Positions 1 to 11,877 of a DNA stretch of 64,000 nt are shown here, piece after piece; the stretch's first letter is position 1, and each line of letters begins with the position of its first letter. Both the position numbers and the translations under genes were made by a program. Location of the stretch: the NCBI GenBank assembly GCA_003971905.1, contig RSEE01000019.1, positions 62,001 through 126,000 of the forward strand, in the 5' to 3' direction. This DNA is from Moniliella sp. 'wahieum'. Lineage: Eukaryota. Below the pieces are notes generated by a model, which was given only the letters and a program-made list of their open reading frames with translations, was not told the origin of the DNA and searched no databases.

Positions 1-2415
1 CGAGCGTCTTCCAAGCGCGAAGAAAGCGCACGTTCAATGCTCTTGTTGGCCAAGAGCATAGTGATCGCTTGTTGGTCCGCCGAGGCGTACACGTCGCTCA
101 AGTTGGTGGTGGTGGGCAAGGCCAGGTTGATCACGCGAATCCGACGTTCGCCAAACGACGTTGAGTGTAGCAACACGGCCTGGAACAGACGAGCGGGGTA
201 GTGATGTTTTCCTCAATTTCGCACTCCACCGCATAGTTTTGGTCGAGCGGCACAGCGGACATGGCGAGCAAGTCGGAGGAACGAACGAAAAAGTTACCGT
301 GAAAGGCGGTGGGACGGATGCCGCGGGAATGCGGACGCGCAAGATGGCCTCGAGACCAATGGGCGAACCAAGCACCTTACTAAGCTCAGTGTGGAACTTG
401 GTGGCTTCCTCGGCGTTGCAGCGTTAAAGCCAGGGTAGAAAAACGTTTCGCCACCCGTGTAACGGGGCAAGCAAGCCAAACTTGCCACATCCGTGTACCG
501 CGAACTGAACAGCCACATATCCACCGACACTTGAGCCCGAGCACAATCAATCGGGAAGGTTTTGTAAACTGCGAGCCGGCTTGGAGCAAGCTCGATTCCT
601 TGGCCGTGCCAAGCAACTTGGGATCGTCCCGGACCTTGAGCGGACCCAGGCCCAATGTAGGCAACGTCGAGGTCAGTGTCACGATTTTCCCGCCCGTAGG
701 GCTAACCAGTTGGAATGCCGCCTGGAGTGCCGAGCCCATCCCCGACCCCACCTGGGTCGAAGCGGCAAACATGTCCGGGAAGCCTTGGAGCAAAGCTTCG
801 ATCCCAGCCCTGGCACAAGTTCATCAGAATGTCGGTGGGTTTAGGCAAGAAAGGGTCGTCGAGGTCAGACACGACGAGGATTTCAGGGTCGGAGCGGCCT
901 TCTGCACACTAAACACGTGCAAAGCTTGGTCAACCGCAATAAAGCCAACGCGGGTACGGCCGTCGGCATTGGGGATGTCATCAAGCGAGTCCAGGATGGT
1001 TTGGGCGGCAAGAGCGGCCATGCCGTTGCGGATGCTATCGACCGTCACGTCGATAAGAAAGACGTAGGTGGGCGCTTGAGGAGAGCGAACCATGTACTCC
1101 CTCGGCGCGATGAACTCGACAACGGCACTGTTGAGTTCCGGACGGGTACGCCGATCCCGTGGCTGGTTCGTCTCGTGATCCCAGTCAAATGTGCTGGGAA
1201 CTTCGTTGCCGATCCCACAGATGGTGCACTTCCACCGATTGCCATTGTCGGTAAACTGGACAAAGGGGTTGATGTACGCGCGACACTTTCGGCACCGCAC
1301 AATGATCGGTTCATCCACCACGGCACCTGGTCCACTAGCGGTACGTCCGTCGACCCCGGTGGCGGGAGGCGATTGGGGGTCAAGATCAAGCCGAGCGGAT
1401 GTTGGTCTTGGCCAGCAGCGTTGCCGTGGTTGGGATGGCAGCGAGCGTGCACCGCTGCCACACCGGGTCCGCATTGACGACGGGGCTCGTGGTCAAGGTG
1501 GCGTAAGAAGGAAGTTTGGGTGAAGGCGGGCGGGCGTCGGAGGCATATGGGTCGGGAGCCATGCCGCTCAAATTAACCGTCGACAGCGCAGGGCCTTGGG
1601 GAGGGAGGAAGCCATTGCCATCCATCCCACCTGGTGCCATACCCATGGGAGCAGGGGCGCCATTGGGAGCAAGGTGCATGCCGGCCATCTGGTGCGCCAA
1701 GGCACTGGGATCGTGCCCGCCCATGGCGGGCATGCCTGCCGGCATGCCGGCAAAGTCGCTGGCAGGGAGCGGGGCGACGCCATACGCAGCCGCCTCATTG
1801 ACAGCCTGCGAAGGCATGACCGCCGGTGTATCCGGCGCACCGGGGGTGAAATTTCGGGCTGGCCGCTCATAGCAGGTGCGCCGTACCCCGAAGGCGGCGG
1901 GCCCGAGAAGGGGAAGCCGCCGCGCCGGCCTGCGGCTGCATGGGATGAGACGGAGGGGCGCAGACGGGCCAGGCGGGACCATGCCCATGGGCGCGGGCGT
2001 GGGGTACGCTCGCCTCCGATTGGCGGGCGCAAGCGGGGCGGGCGAAGAGCCGATGCGCGGGCCAACGGGCGGATGGACAGACGGGTGGCCGGGCAAGGGG
2101 CCTGCGGCGGGTGGCGGGCGGGGCAGGAGGACGGGGGGAGGTGCTGGGCGGGAGAGGCATGCGCTGCGGGCGGCGCGGAGAGGCGCCCGCGGGGGCGGTT
2201 AGGGGCACACCGGGGCGGGCGGGGGAAGAGCCGGGTGGGATCGGGCGGCGGCCGGGCAGGACGTGGCTTGAGGCGTGAGACCGGCAGCGGGAGCAGGAGC
2301 AGGACCGGGCCTGGAGCGACCGAGAGGGAAGAGGGTCAGACAGACGTCGCGGCAGAAGGAGGCAGGATACGCACCACTGCTGGCGCCAGGGGCCGTTGCC
2401 GTTGGGAACAGCCAT
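1..2415 (-). CDS. SEC24: COPII coat cargo adaptor Sec24, N-terminal two-thirds (3' end outside window; several frameshifts)
   Basis: Pro-rich N-terminus, then Zn-finger motif [30 protein letters not shown], trunk motifs [48 protein letters not shown] and [10 protein letters not shown], spread over consecutive minus-strand ORFs. Confidence 0.95.
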
Positions 2416-2990
2416 GGAGGTGGTGGTGGTGGGTGGTGGTGGTGGCTGGGGCGTGCTGGATGGATGGATGCTATGCTGTCTTCTGCGGGTGCTGACGTGG
2501 AGCACCGCACACTGGCGCGGCGCCTGTGCTCCCACCTGCCCAGCGACACGCCGTGCGTTTGGATGGTTTCGGGTGCTGAGCTCAGCGGCTGAGCCGCACG
2601 AGCAACGCCACCCGGCCAGCGGCGCCCGCCGACCGCGAGGCGCCTCCACGTGGCCGCCCCTTGGTTTCAACTTGCCGCCGCGCTCACGTCAGCCAGCTCC
2701 GGGATCTGCGATCACATCTATCACCTAGCACACGCTGTCGGCGGCTGTCTGCTGCCCACCGGCGCACGCAGAGCAGACGACCATTAACACGAGCAGGCTG
2801 AACTCTGAACAGGAGGTCTACAGAGGTGCAGGCGATTTCCCAGAGATGAGAAGGCTGGTAGGGGAGATCGACGGCAGAGTCGTGGCGCGTGGCGCTGGAC
2901 AGAGGACACTGGAGGACGCGCCCGATAGAACAAAGATCCGTAGAGCGGAGAACCCAGAAGCACCTACAGCCAGAACGTAGAGCCAAGAGC

Positions 2991-4962
2991 TTACAGATGA
3001 GCCGGAGGCTGCTGGCCTTCGCTGCTGATCGTCTCGGCCATCCACCCAGCCACGATGCCCGCCATCCGATCCGGCAGCAGCTGGGGCATCATATGTCCCG
3101 CATCAGCCACCACCACCGCTTCGCCCTGGATGGGGAACCGAGCCCGCATTCGTCCCACTCCACAAGCGCTTTCTCTTCCCTCCTCCGCCTCCTTGCCCCC
3201 GGCTACGATCGCCTGCCGATTGTCCTCAATTAACTGAGCGCGCACCCGTTCACCTTGGCGCAACTGTCCGACAAGTAGGTAGTACGCCTCCCGGACCGGG
3301 CTCCATCCAGCGCATCGTTGGTAATACGGAGTGAGCTGGTGATACGTCCCATACTCGGTTGCAAATGCAGTGAAATGTACGGCCCTTACGATGGGAAGCA
3401 CGAGCCTGATCACCACCACCACCACCACCAATGCGATTCCAATAGTTGGCAAACGCCCGGAGAGGAGCAAGCATGTTGTGCATCCCGCTCCAACCACCTG
3501 CGAACAGGGCACCTTCCGAGTACTTGGACGTGCTCAGGTGCACTGCCTCTTCCGACTCTTGTGTCAGTGGAGGATACTCCCGTCCGCCCGAGGAAGGGAC
3601 GAGGGCATGGTGAAAACAGGTTGCGTGCCGCCTCGTGCCATGCACCATAAAACGGTTAACGGTTCAAGGCAGTCTGTGCTGCGGCGAAGGCCACGTATCG
3701 CGTCGACGGACCGTCGTCCCAGAGAGAGACGAAGGGGCAAACGTGTTCGTTGAGCGAGGGCATTGATGGTCCACGTGGGATCTCAGTGCCATCGGGAGCT
3801 CGGAGGGCAGGTAAGCCCTCGACGGAAAAACAGGCGGGTGGGCCAAAGGCGGGTCCAACATGATCAAGGTATCGATCAGGTGAGGATGGGTGTTTGCGGC
3901 CATAGTAGCAAGACAAGCGCCTACGCTGTGCCCGATCAGAACGACCCTGGGAGGCGGGGATGTCGCCTCCGCATCATCCTTGACGCGCGGCAACACGGGT
4001 CCTAGCTCTTCCTCTTGGCCGGCGCGGGTGGCGGGGAGGTAGTGTTTCAGAAACTGAAGCACATCCCGGGACAAGTCGGGCCAAGAGTTGACTGAGCAAC
4101 AACAAGTAGCGGGGGAGGGAAGGAGGTCAGTACCAGTGCAAGAACAAGGGATTAGCACCAAAACACGTACGACCAGCCCCGACACCATGTCGGTTGAGCG
4201 ATGCCGATTCGCCCATATCCAGTGCTTCCAGCGACCAAATATCGTCCACCACAATATCGGACGAAAGTTTGGCCAGTAGCGCCGCCAAGAACGGCTCAAA
4301 TGTCTGACCCAAATCTTGTTAGTGTGCTGGGGACCACAACTCCCTGATTCTCAAGATAGGCAGAAAGACAGGGTAGGGGGACTCACCTCCTTATGAAGGC
4401 CATTCGCATGAAGCAAAACGAGAGTAACATGTTGGTCCTTGGGGGTGGCCCGCCTACGACGGGGCTTGGCCGGAACGATACGCTGGGCCACAGCCCACAG
4501 TTGCCGTTCTCGCTGTGCGATGCGCTCCTGGACGACAAGCTCGTGGCCTGTCGCTGTGGTTGGGCTGAAAGCCCGACGATTCGAGGACCTGGGCGTCCAG
4601 TCTCCCACGCGGCAGCCGCCTCTGGCTTGGACAAGCCGGCAGGAGGAAGCGGCTTGCCACAGGGGTGGTCGCCGTGGGCAACGCACGTGGCCAAGCAGCG
4701 GGGAAAACATGGGATCGGGGGAAGTCCAAGCCGTGCCATCAGGGCCTCGGAATGCCATGCGTTCCCAGACAGTTGGCCACGGGAAGAAGGTTGCAACGGC
4801 GGGGCCAAGGCATCGGGTGCCGTCGCTGGGACCTGCCATCGGTGGGGCCCGCCAGCCCGAGGGAGGGGAGGGCAGTGACAGGGGGACGAGCGGCAGAAGC
4901 AGTTGCGCCGGGTTGGTGGCCGCAGCCTGCAGGGCCTTCTTGGTCAGCGTCGCTGTAGTCAT
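2991..4962 (-). CDS. Alpha/beta-fold hydrolase (fungal Lpx1-like), probably peroxisomal
   Basis: VTLVLLHANGLHKE followed by a GTGAGT intron donor near 4385; DDIWSLE; nucleophile motif VLIGHSVGA...LIMLDPP; catalytic His in DAGHMMPQ; C-terminal -AHL fits PTS1. Confidence 0.8.
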
Positions 4963-5258
4963 GAGGGATGGGCTCTGGGAGCACAGACAAGAATCGGTGG
5001 AACGGGAAGCCGTATAAATGGATTGCGCAAGTGAAAGAAATGGGCCAACATCCGGGACTGGGGGGGGGGTAGATACCGGTTAAAGCAGTTTGTCTCCGGA
5101 TACCGGGGCAATCGGGTGCAATCTGGATACCGACCGAGCTGACCGAGGCCAACCAAGGCCAGCGGTTGCCTTTTCTGAAGGAGGTTTGAATCCCAACGGT
5201 GGCTGGCGGCCTGGACCGACAGTCCATCTGATTTTGTCGATGGCAGGTGGTATCCAAA

Positions 5259-5351
5259 GGCGAGATAGCGAAGTGGTCTAACGCGCTGTGTTAAGGAGTT
5301 TCTCTTTCTAACCGCAGTCTCCGGGGCGTGGGTTCGAATCCCACCTCGTCA
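5259..5351 (+). tRNA. tRNA-Leu(AAG) with ~15-nt intron
   Basis: GGCGAGA-TAGCGAAGTGGTCTAACGCG (A-box/D-arm), anticodon stem CTGTG/CGCAG with loop TT-AAG-G plus intron, long variable arm, T-arm GTGGG-TTCGAAT-CCCAC, followed by oligo-T. The 3' acceptor strand looks 1 nt short. Confidence 0.9.
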
Positions 5352-5561
5352 CTTTTTGCTTTTTTCGTTACCAAGAACAAGAAAGCGAATTATGGTCATT
5401 GATACCACGCTATTACCACCCTCCAAGAAAGCACTGCTACAGGTAACATAAGTCAACTATAGTCGCATGCCAACCCATGGTCATCCGATGAAGCTCATGT
5501 GCTTATCGTTCAGTACTAGTTAGTAGTACATCTCCGCGACCTTCTATAATGACTTCGACTT

Positions 5562-5890
5562 TTGGCTTCTCATCGGGTCCAACAGAGCCATGTTCTATAT
5601 CCGGACCAGCGAGACGACGGGATGATCATGCTCGGCGGTGCACTCTGCGACTTGGCTATTGGGTGCAAATCCCACGGATCATATGTATTTCCTTGCCGAG
5701 AACAACCGCACATCAAGGTACGTGTAGAAATGGACCAACATGCAGGACACTAATACCACCTGGGATGCCACAGTACGACCGCATCAACGGAAATCTCTAC
5801 CTATCCCAACCAAAGTTCATTGAGGAACCACGGAAAGGATGGCCTCGCTGGATCAAAGGTGTGCCAACTGCCCCACCCCCACCCACATGA
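5562..5890 (+). CDS. Spliced fragment of an unknown protein-coding gene or remnant
   Basis: Canonical intron GTACGT...ACTAAT...CAG at ~5718-5773 lies between ...YVFPCREQPHIK and YDRINGNLYLSQPKFIEEPRKGW...; no family recognised. Confidence 0.35.
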
Positions 5891-7003
5891 CCCTAGCAAG
5901 GGCCGACCCTGAGCCCCCAGTCACGCCTCTCGAACAGAAGGATTACCAGGCCAAGATCCGCTCCGGGCTGTGGATCGAAGCATAGGTCGTCTGAGATGCT
6001 CTTTTCGGCGTTGTCAGCTTGAGGCGGGCCACTGCCGAACCATCACGCGCCATCGTTCTTCGCTACATCCGCGACTTCATTCGTTACTGTACGCGACCAT
6101 GTCGGATCAGACTCACTTGATCACGTTCTTTGTCACAAGTTGTCTGGCCCCCTTGATTTGTTCTAGACCTGTTTTCCCCCTTTGGATTGTGCTCTTTCCC
6201 TCCATGTGATTAGCTCGCATGTTCTCTTCCTCCGAGGTATATATACCTCGCTTCCTTTCTATTCGATGAATATGATCCTTGTCCTTCCCCATCTCCATCT
6301 CCTGTTGACGAGAAATTATCACCTCTCCGCATCACCCTTTCCCGGGTGCTCCAGCTCTGGCATTATACACCGACTCGGACCTAGTGGGGGATCCCGAACA
6401 TGAGGTACGTTCTGCCTCGGGACTTATCCTTTACGTCTACGGTGTCCCTATGTCGTAACAATCCTTACGGTAACCCAAGAGCATCAACAACACGGCCGCT
6501 GCCGAAATACGGCCGGGTTTGACGGAGTGGTCGACGCCAATCACGTCAAGAATATCTTAATCAAACTAAAGGCGATCAACGAAGACGAACCGATTCACTG
6601 GAACTGCTACACAACACGGTCGCCATATCCTCTTCTTTCAAAAATTAAGAGAGCACAGCACAGGAAAGATTCGAGAACTATATGGATCCTCGCTACCACA
6701 ACGTACTGCAACATGTGGCCTCTCTGGGGAGAGAATATCCTCCACCATGTCGCAGGAGTAAACAACCAGAGGCCGTTGGGATCACCAATCCCGTTGGCAA
6801 ACCCATTCTATAAGCACCTGCCGGCGCTTCTCATCGAAAGCCTCAACCAACTCAAGCGTGGCCTAGAGTCTCTGGCCAGCGGGGATGTTGACCGTGGGGA
6901 CCGAGGGCCGAGCACCTCTAGGCCATGCTGAATCAGTCCTGTCATCCGAGTTGGCCGCGCTGAGTCCACTGGATTCGACCGTGTTCAATCGGGCCCATGG
7001 CTA

Positions 7004-7299
7004 GGTGGTCGCCGTGGGCAACGCACGTGGCCAAGCAGCGGGGAAAACATGGGATCGGGAAGTCCAAGCCGTGCCATCGGGGCCTCGGAATGCCGTGCGT
7101 TCCCCAGACAGTTGGCCACCGGGAAGAAGGTGCAACGGCGGGGGCAAAGCATCGGGTGCCGTCGCTGGGACCTGCCATCGGTGGGGCCCGCCAGCCCGAG
7201 GGGGAGGGGCAGTGGCAGGTGGGACGAGGGGCAGAAGCAGTTGCGCCGGGTTGGTGGCCGCAGCCTGCAGGGCCTTCTTGGCCAGCGTCACCGTGGTCA
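7004..7299 (-). pseudogene. Truncated duplicate of the 5' end of the alpha/beta hydrolase gene
   Basis: MTTVTLAKKALQAAATNPAQLLLPLVP... matches MTTATLTKKALQAAATNPAQLLLPLVP... at 4962. Nucleotide homology to 4664-4962 ends abruptly at 7004. Confidence 0.85.
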
Positions 7300-7526
7300 T
7301 AGCCGTGGGCAGGGAGACCAATGAGGGTACGAAAGGGATGGTCTCTGGGAACAGAGACAAAAACCGGTGGAACGAGAAGTTAAAAATATATGCGCAAGTC
7401 CAAGAAAAGCGCGATACCACTACAGCCATCAATGTCCGGATACTGGGTGAAGAGATACCTGTAAACTGTCTGATGAATACTGGGCAAGATACCTGTTACT
7501 ATCTGGTTACCGGCGGGGACACCTGT

Positions 7527-7690
7527 GGGCCCACCGGTTCATTACTGCCTTGGTACGGGTCCACCGGTTTTACTGTCTGGTTTCCTGGCCCACCGGTTAC
7601 TTTCTGGATATCGAGCCCATCGGTTACTGTCTGAATACCAGGCCCACCGGTTACTGTCTGTGGAGACTGGAGGGGCCACCGGTTGCTGCG
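7527..7690 (+). repeat. Minisatellite, ~6 units of ~27-33 bp (consensus GGCCCACCGGTTACTGTCTG...)
   Basis: Units start near 7527, 7557, 7587, 7614, 7641 and 7673, with an ACCGGT core (ATCGGT in one unit). Confidence 0.85.
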
Positions 7691-7875
7691 GGTTTTCGAA
7701 CGAGGTTCGAATCCTAACTTTTTTTTCCAGGCAATCCATCTTCTATCTTCTACCGTGGTCCGCCCGAAGGGGGAGAGAGCAAAAGTGCCGCTACTATAGT
7801 ACAAAAGTCATGGATCATCGAGATCATTTGTGGGCAACATATCTTCAGTGATCGATGATCGATCGATGATCATCA

Positions 7876-7958
7876 GTCTAACGCGCTGCTGTGTCAAGCA
7901 GGGTCTGTGTTCCTAATCGCAATTCCACGGGGCGTGGTTTCAAATCACACTCTCGTTA
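7876..7958 (+). pseudogene. Degenerate tRNA-Leu(AAG) copy lacking its 5' end
   Basis: GTCTAACGCGCTG..CTGTG-TC-AAG-C...CTAATCGCAA...CGGGGCGTGGTTTCAAATCACACTCTCGTTA aligns with the tRNA at 5259. The T-arm is mutated and the 5' acceptor/D strand is missing. Confidence 0.8.
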
Positions 7959-9355
7959 TTACTTCCTCCAGTTTTTGCCGTCCTTATTGCCGCAAAACAC
8001 GAGCGGGAAAGTGAACGGGGGGAAGTGTTTCAAGCCAAAGTTCCGTGGCAGTGGCCTAGTGTCGTTGAGGGGCTAGGACTGTGCCTACGGGTGTTTTGCG
8101 GCTGAACCGATTGAAAGGTTGGAAAACAACCGAGACGGACGCTTGTTGCGTTCTTGGCTCTCTTTCCTTCATTTTTTCGTCTTATCGCCCAAGACTCCAC
8201 CGGTCTTCCCTTCGGCCTTGTCAGCGGCTGACGCTTGTGGCTTCAAGCTTCAAGCATCGCTAGTCACTAGTCACTAGTCACTCTTCAAAGGTTTGTCCGT
8301 TCCCTCATTTGCCCCTTATAGTTGCCTCGTCGCGCCCTGGGCTTTTTAAGCCCCCCACATACAATTCACTCAAGCGTTGCTACAAACCAACACAAAAGCC
8401 GCAAACGGCATGGCATCTTACGATCTTTAATCTTATCGCCATCCAGACTGACGCACTATGAGCATATTGCATCACAGTTATTGCTTGCTCTGTGCCTTAG
8501 CCTACGCACACCTCGGCAACGAGAGCTGAGGAACATAATTATGTGATGGGACGAAAATAATCGATATTCAATCTTCAGTTAAGTTCAACGTGCAGCATGA
8601 AGAGTGTTCAATCTGCTCGAGCAGTTGAGATCGGTAGTAGGATCTAAGAGGCAAAGGAGGAAGTGGTCATCGAGACCAAAACGCCGAACAGGCAGAACAG
8701 GCTTCCACAAGCAGGGAAAAGATGGAGAAACGAAACCAATCAATCGGAACCCAAAAACGAACAGACACGAACAAGAGTCTATACAAAACAAAACAGGGAC
8801 CAGAAAGGAGAAAATGGGGGGCGAACTAGGAAACACGGACGAAGGCTAGTGCCCAAACGGTGATCTGGCTTGCTCAACGCATACGCGGAGTCTTAATCGC
8901 TCAAATCACCGCATCAGGGGAAACCTTAAAGCTCGCTCAGCAGGACATCAAGAAGCGTTCTCCCCCTCCGGCCTTTACCAGAGGAAAAGGGGGGGAAGGG
9001 GAAGAAAACGTCCAGCGCCGCAGGTCACTGCTCTTGAGGCCATACGGTCCCAAGAGCAGAAGAGCGAGTCGTCCGGGCTCGAGGTTCTCGAGGAAAAGTG
9101 GGCGCGCACCAGCGGGCCACGGTGGACGGGGGACAAAAGCATCAACGATCTCAATAAACGTCGTTGGATCCGTGTCCACCGGGCCCGGGGTGGCAAGGTA
9201 GATGGAAAATGGTTAAACTAAGGGCGACCATAGTAGCTGCCCCCGTTTCAATATCATATCAAAAGGACAAAGGTCAGAACCAAGGTCAAGTTTTCTTAGC
9301 AAAGGCTAAGCAACGAAGGGGGAAAGGGCAATGGAGAGAAAAACATACCAAGATG

Positions 9356-10438
9356 TCACTCAATCTTAATGAGCGTTTGCCAATCCAATTCGCCCGAGGG
9401 CGAGGCGGCAGGCAAAATATCCTGTTGGTCAGAGTAAAGTTCGGAGCGCATGGCCGGGTAGAGAGCAAGAACGAGATCTTTTTGCTCATCCGTCATGCCC
9501 TCCTTCTTTACGTGCACATTCTTAATGTGCCGATGCATGTCGGCACGACGATGCGAAGCGTGGGGGCAATCCCCAAGCGGACAAGGGAACCGCTTGTTGT
9601 AACTCGGATCGTGGGTTTTAAGGTGCTCCTTGAGATTGTACGCACGGTCAAACCCAACGGGCATTGGTCGCACTGGTACATGCGCGGAGCGACCGGGATA
9701 GCGTACGGGCTAGCGGCCTCACGCAACGATTGGCGTGTCCGACGGTCAGGGCCAAGGCCCGATGCACCCAACGAAATCAACGGCGGCGGCGACACGCGTG
9801 CAGGAGGGGAGCATTCACGGACCATAGGCGAATGCGCACGCGGCTTAGGCCGAGGGGAACTCGTTCGAGTTTCCCGCTGAAGTAGCCCCTCAAGAACAAC
9901 CTCGGCCGGGATTTCACGCTTCAGCGCTGCACGCGACAAGTTGATAAACTGGAGCATGGCAGACACGGGGGCCGCTTGCAGCCATTTCCTTGAGGCTGCT
10001 GCACACCGAATCGTAGTCCAGTCCATCCGAGGAGGACGAAGGCGAGGCGGATAACAGTGCGGCTGGGGCGACGGAATGCGCAGGCGCATGTAACGATTGC
10101 TGAGACTGCTGCACAGGCAGCAGGGCAGACATGCTCATCCACAGCTCCGTCAGGTTGGGGAGGGAGGGTGAGTCGAGCGGGACGGATGGTTCGCGGTCCG
10201 AAGGAGTGGTTGCATAGGACGAAGGCGAGGAGGACGCCTCGCTTGACGACCCATAGCCTGCCAGAATGTGGTCCCAAGTGGGAGGCACACCGGCCTGCGG
10301 CACGCCGGCAGCGGGCTGCTGGTTGAGCGACATGAGGGACGAGAGGGTGTCGTACTGCTTGGCAGGGTCGGCGATGATGCTCGACAGGAAGGCGTCGTAA
10401 TCGAGCGCAGGAGCGGACACGGGGGCAAGCTCAGGCAT
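9356..10438 (-). CDS. C2H2 zinc-finger transcription factor (two fingers, frameshifted)
   Basis: YQCDQCP(L/V)GFDRAYNLKEHLKTH and FPCPLGDCPHASHRRADMHRHIKNVH; Ser/Pro-rich N-terminus from MPELAPVSAP. Confidence 0.88.
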
Positions 10439-11216
10439 GGGGGCAAAGAGGAGAAGGGGGTGGTGGAAGTGTGAGGCGGGACGGGGAATAGATGCGGCTA
10501 GCAGGGACGGTTAGTCCACGAAGGCCTTCTTAATAGCAACCCACGACCGGCACCTGCGCTCGCACCTCCAACCAGCCAGCAGCCCGCAGGGCGCCAGTGT
10601 CCCCTTGCATTGCATTTTTACTACCCCCCCGCGCCCCCTCCCGCCCAGCACATGGTTCGCCTTTTTTTTATCTCCGCGGCCTCGCAAGCAGACTGCGCAG
10701 CGTAACGCACCCGCACCCACCCCCTGCAGCGCCCGCATGGCGCCAGTGTATCCTCCATTCCAGGCGCCTCCGGCCTCCGGCGTCCCCGCAGCAGCCTGGC
10801 ACAGATCACGTTGGTGAGAAAAAACACTCTACGCGGTGGAACGTAGGAGACCACGTGACAGCCACACGTAACGCGTGCCGGCCTAAGAGTCCTGTCAGAT
10901 GTCTTAGACATTATGTTAGCTCCTGCCACTGCATCACCGCATCACCAGGTTTCGCATATCATCACCCCCACATCACATGCTATTGTCACATCTGTGCGGC
11001 ACATGCTATAGCACGTGATGCATCATCGTTGACGCGTGACGCTTCGACACTTCAAAAAGTATATACATCACTTGCCCATTGACAAAAAAACCCCTTGCCC
11101 AACTATCTCCCTTTTGAATTCATATCATTGACAGAGCTTAAGGCTGGGACAGGGAGAACGCTACGTCTAAACCGAACCGTTCATCTTGCGGGGGTTACTT
11201 GGAAGCGCCACTAAGG

Positions 11217-11618
11217 TCAAGGAACCAGGGGGATCGCCAGGATATCAGGACCCTCCGGCTCTCGCCATCCGGTCCCGTACCCTAGGAAGCGCGTGTGGAC
11301 ACGGATGAACGTGGTTGACATCCGAGCGAGGAACCATTTCCACTGAGACTTAGTAGCCAACTCCTTCCAATGCGCAAACAACTTGCCCGCCGTCTTGGTG
11401 CCGTAGTATCCTCGCGTCGTCAGAACCAGGGGGAAAAACGGCTCTTGAGTGCGTCCCTGGTACTTGGCGTTCTTGTCGCATTCTGCTTGTTCAAGCAGCC
11501 GAAGCAGTTCCTTCTCCCGGCGTTCCAAAGGCGACGCAGTGCTCTCATGCACCACCCGCCGGTACGCGCTCTGCGCCTCCTGCGATCCCGTGTCGCGCAG
11601 CGTGTGGTCTACCTCCAT
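11217..11618 (-). CDS. C-terminal fragment resembling the restriction-like endonuclease domain of CRE/MoTeR/Cnl1-type non-LTR retrotransposons
   Basis: LLEQAECDKNAKYQG...PFFPLVLTTRG...LFAHW...MSTTFIR follows the E..K..KY / F.PLV...GG pattern recalled for RLE C-termini. No upstream PD motif or RT seen. Confidence 0.6.
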   Translation of the reverse strand: MEVDHTLRDTGSQEAQSAYRRVVHESTASPLERREKELLRLLEQAECDKNAKYQGRTQEPFFPLVLTTRGYYGTKTAGKLFAHWKELATKSQWKWFLARMSTTFIRVHTRFLGYGTGWREPEGPDILAIPLVP

Positions 11619-11782
11619 TCCGTTTTATCGCAGACCCCCTTTTTACTTTACGTAAAATTACACAAGCATGCCACCTGGCACGTTTCACCCGGCGCGTTCC
11701 AGGCGGGCGCAGCCAGGCGGATGCACATGGGTGATAAAATTCCGCCCGAGGCGTAGTAGTGAATACTATTCCGCTCTCCAGC

Positions 11783-11877
11783 GTGGAACGGTGGACCGGT
11801 GGCTAAGGTGGCGATGGGGGGAACGGTGGCTACGGTGGGGAAGGCGGACCCGGTGACTAAGATGGCGACGGTGCACC
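11783..11877 (+). repeat. G-rich 8-9-bp degenerate satellite (GGTGGCTA(A/C)-like, ~10 units)
   Basis: gtggaacg gtggaccg gtggctaag gtggcgatg ggggaacg gtggctacg gtggggaag gcggacccg gtgactaag atggcgacg. Confidence 0.75.

Larger units (their letters stand above)
7004..7958 (+). repeat. Direct segmental duplicate of 4664-5351 (hydrolase 5' end, intergenic DNA, tRNA-Leu)
   Basis: Collinear matches: GTGGTCGCCGTGGGCAACGCACG at both starts, TCTGGGA..AGACAA..CGGTGGAACG, GGCCA(G/C)CGGTTGC...GAGGTT(T/C)GAATCC(C/T)AAC, then the tRNA body. Confidence 0.85.

Noticed and set aside
1596..2670. Long antisense and alternate-frame ORFs over SEC24 (also over NSR1, GCV2, MET30)
   Set aside because: Shadow ORFs expected from high GC and codon bias.
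7527..7690. CRISPR-like array
   Set aside because: Units are contiguous and degenerate, with no unique spacers of regular length. There are no cas genes and the context is eukaryotic.
8604..9201. Arg/Lys-rich plus-strand ORFs and an overlapping minus-strand ORF
   Set aside because: No recognisable domain, start or splice structure, and the strand cannot be decided.
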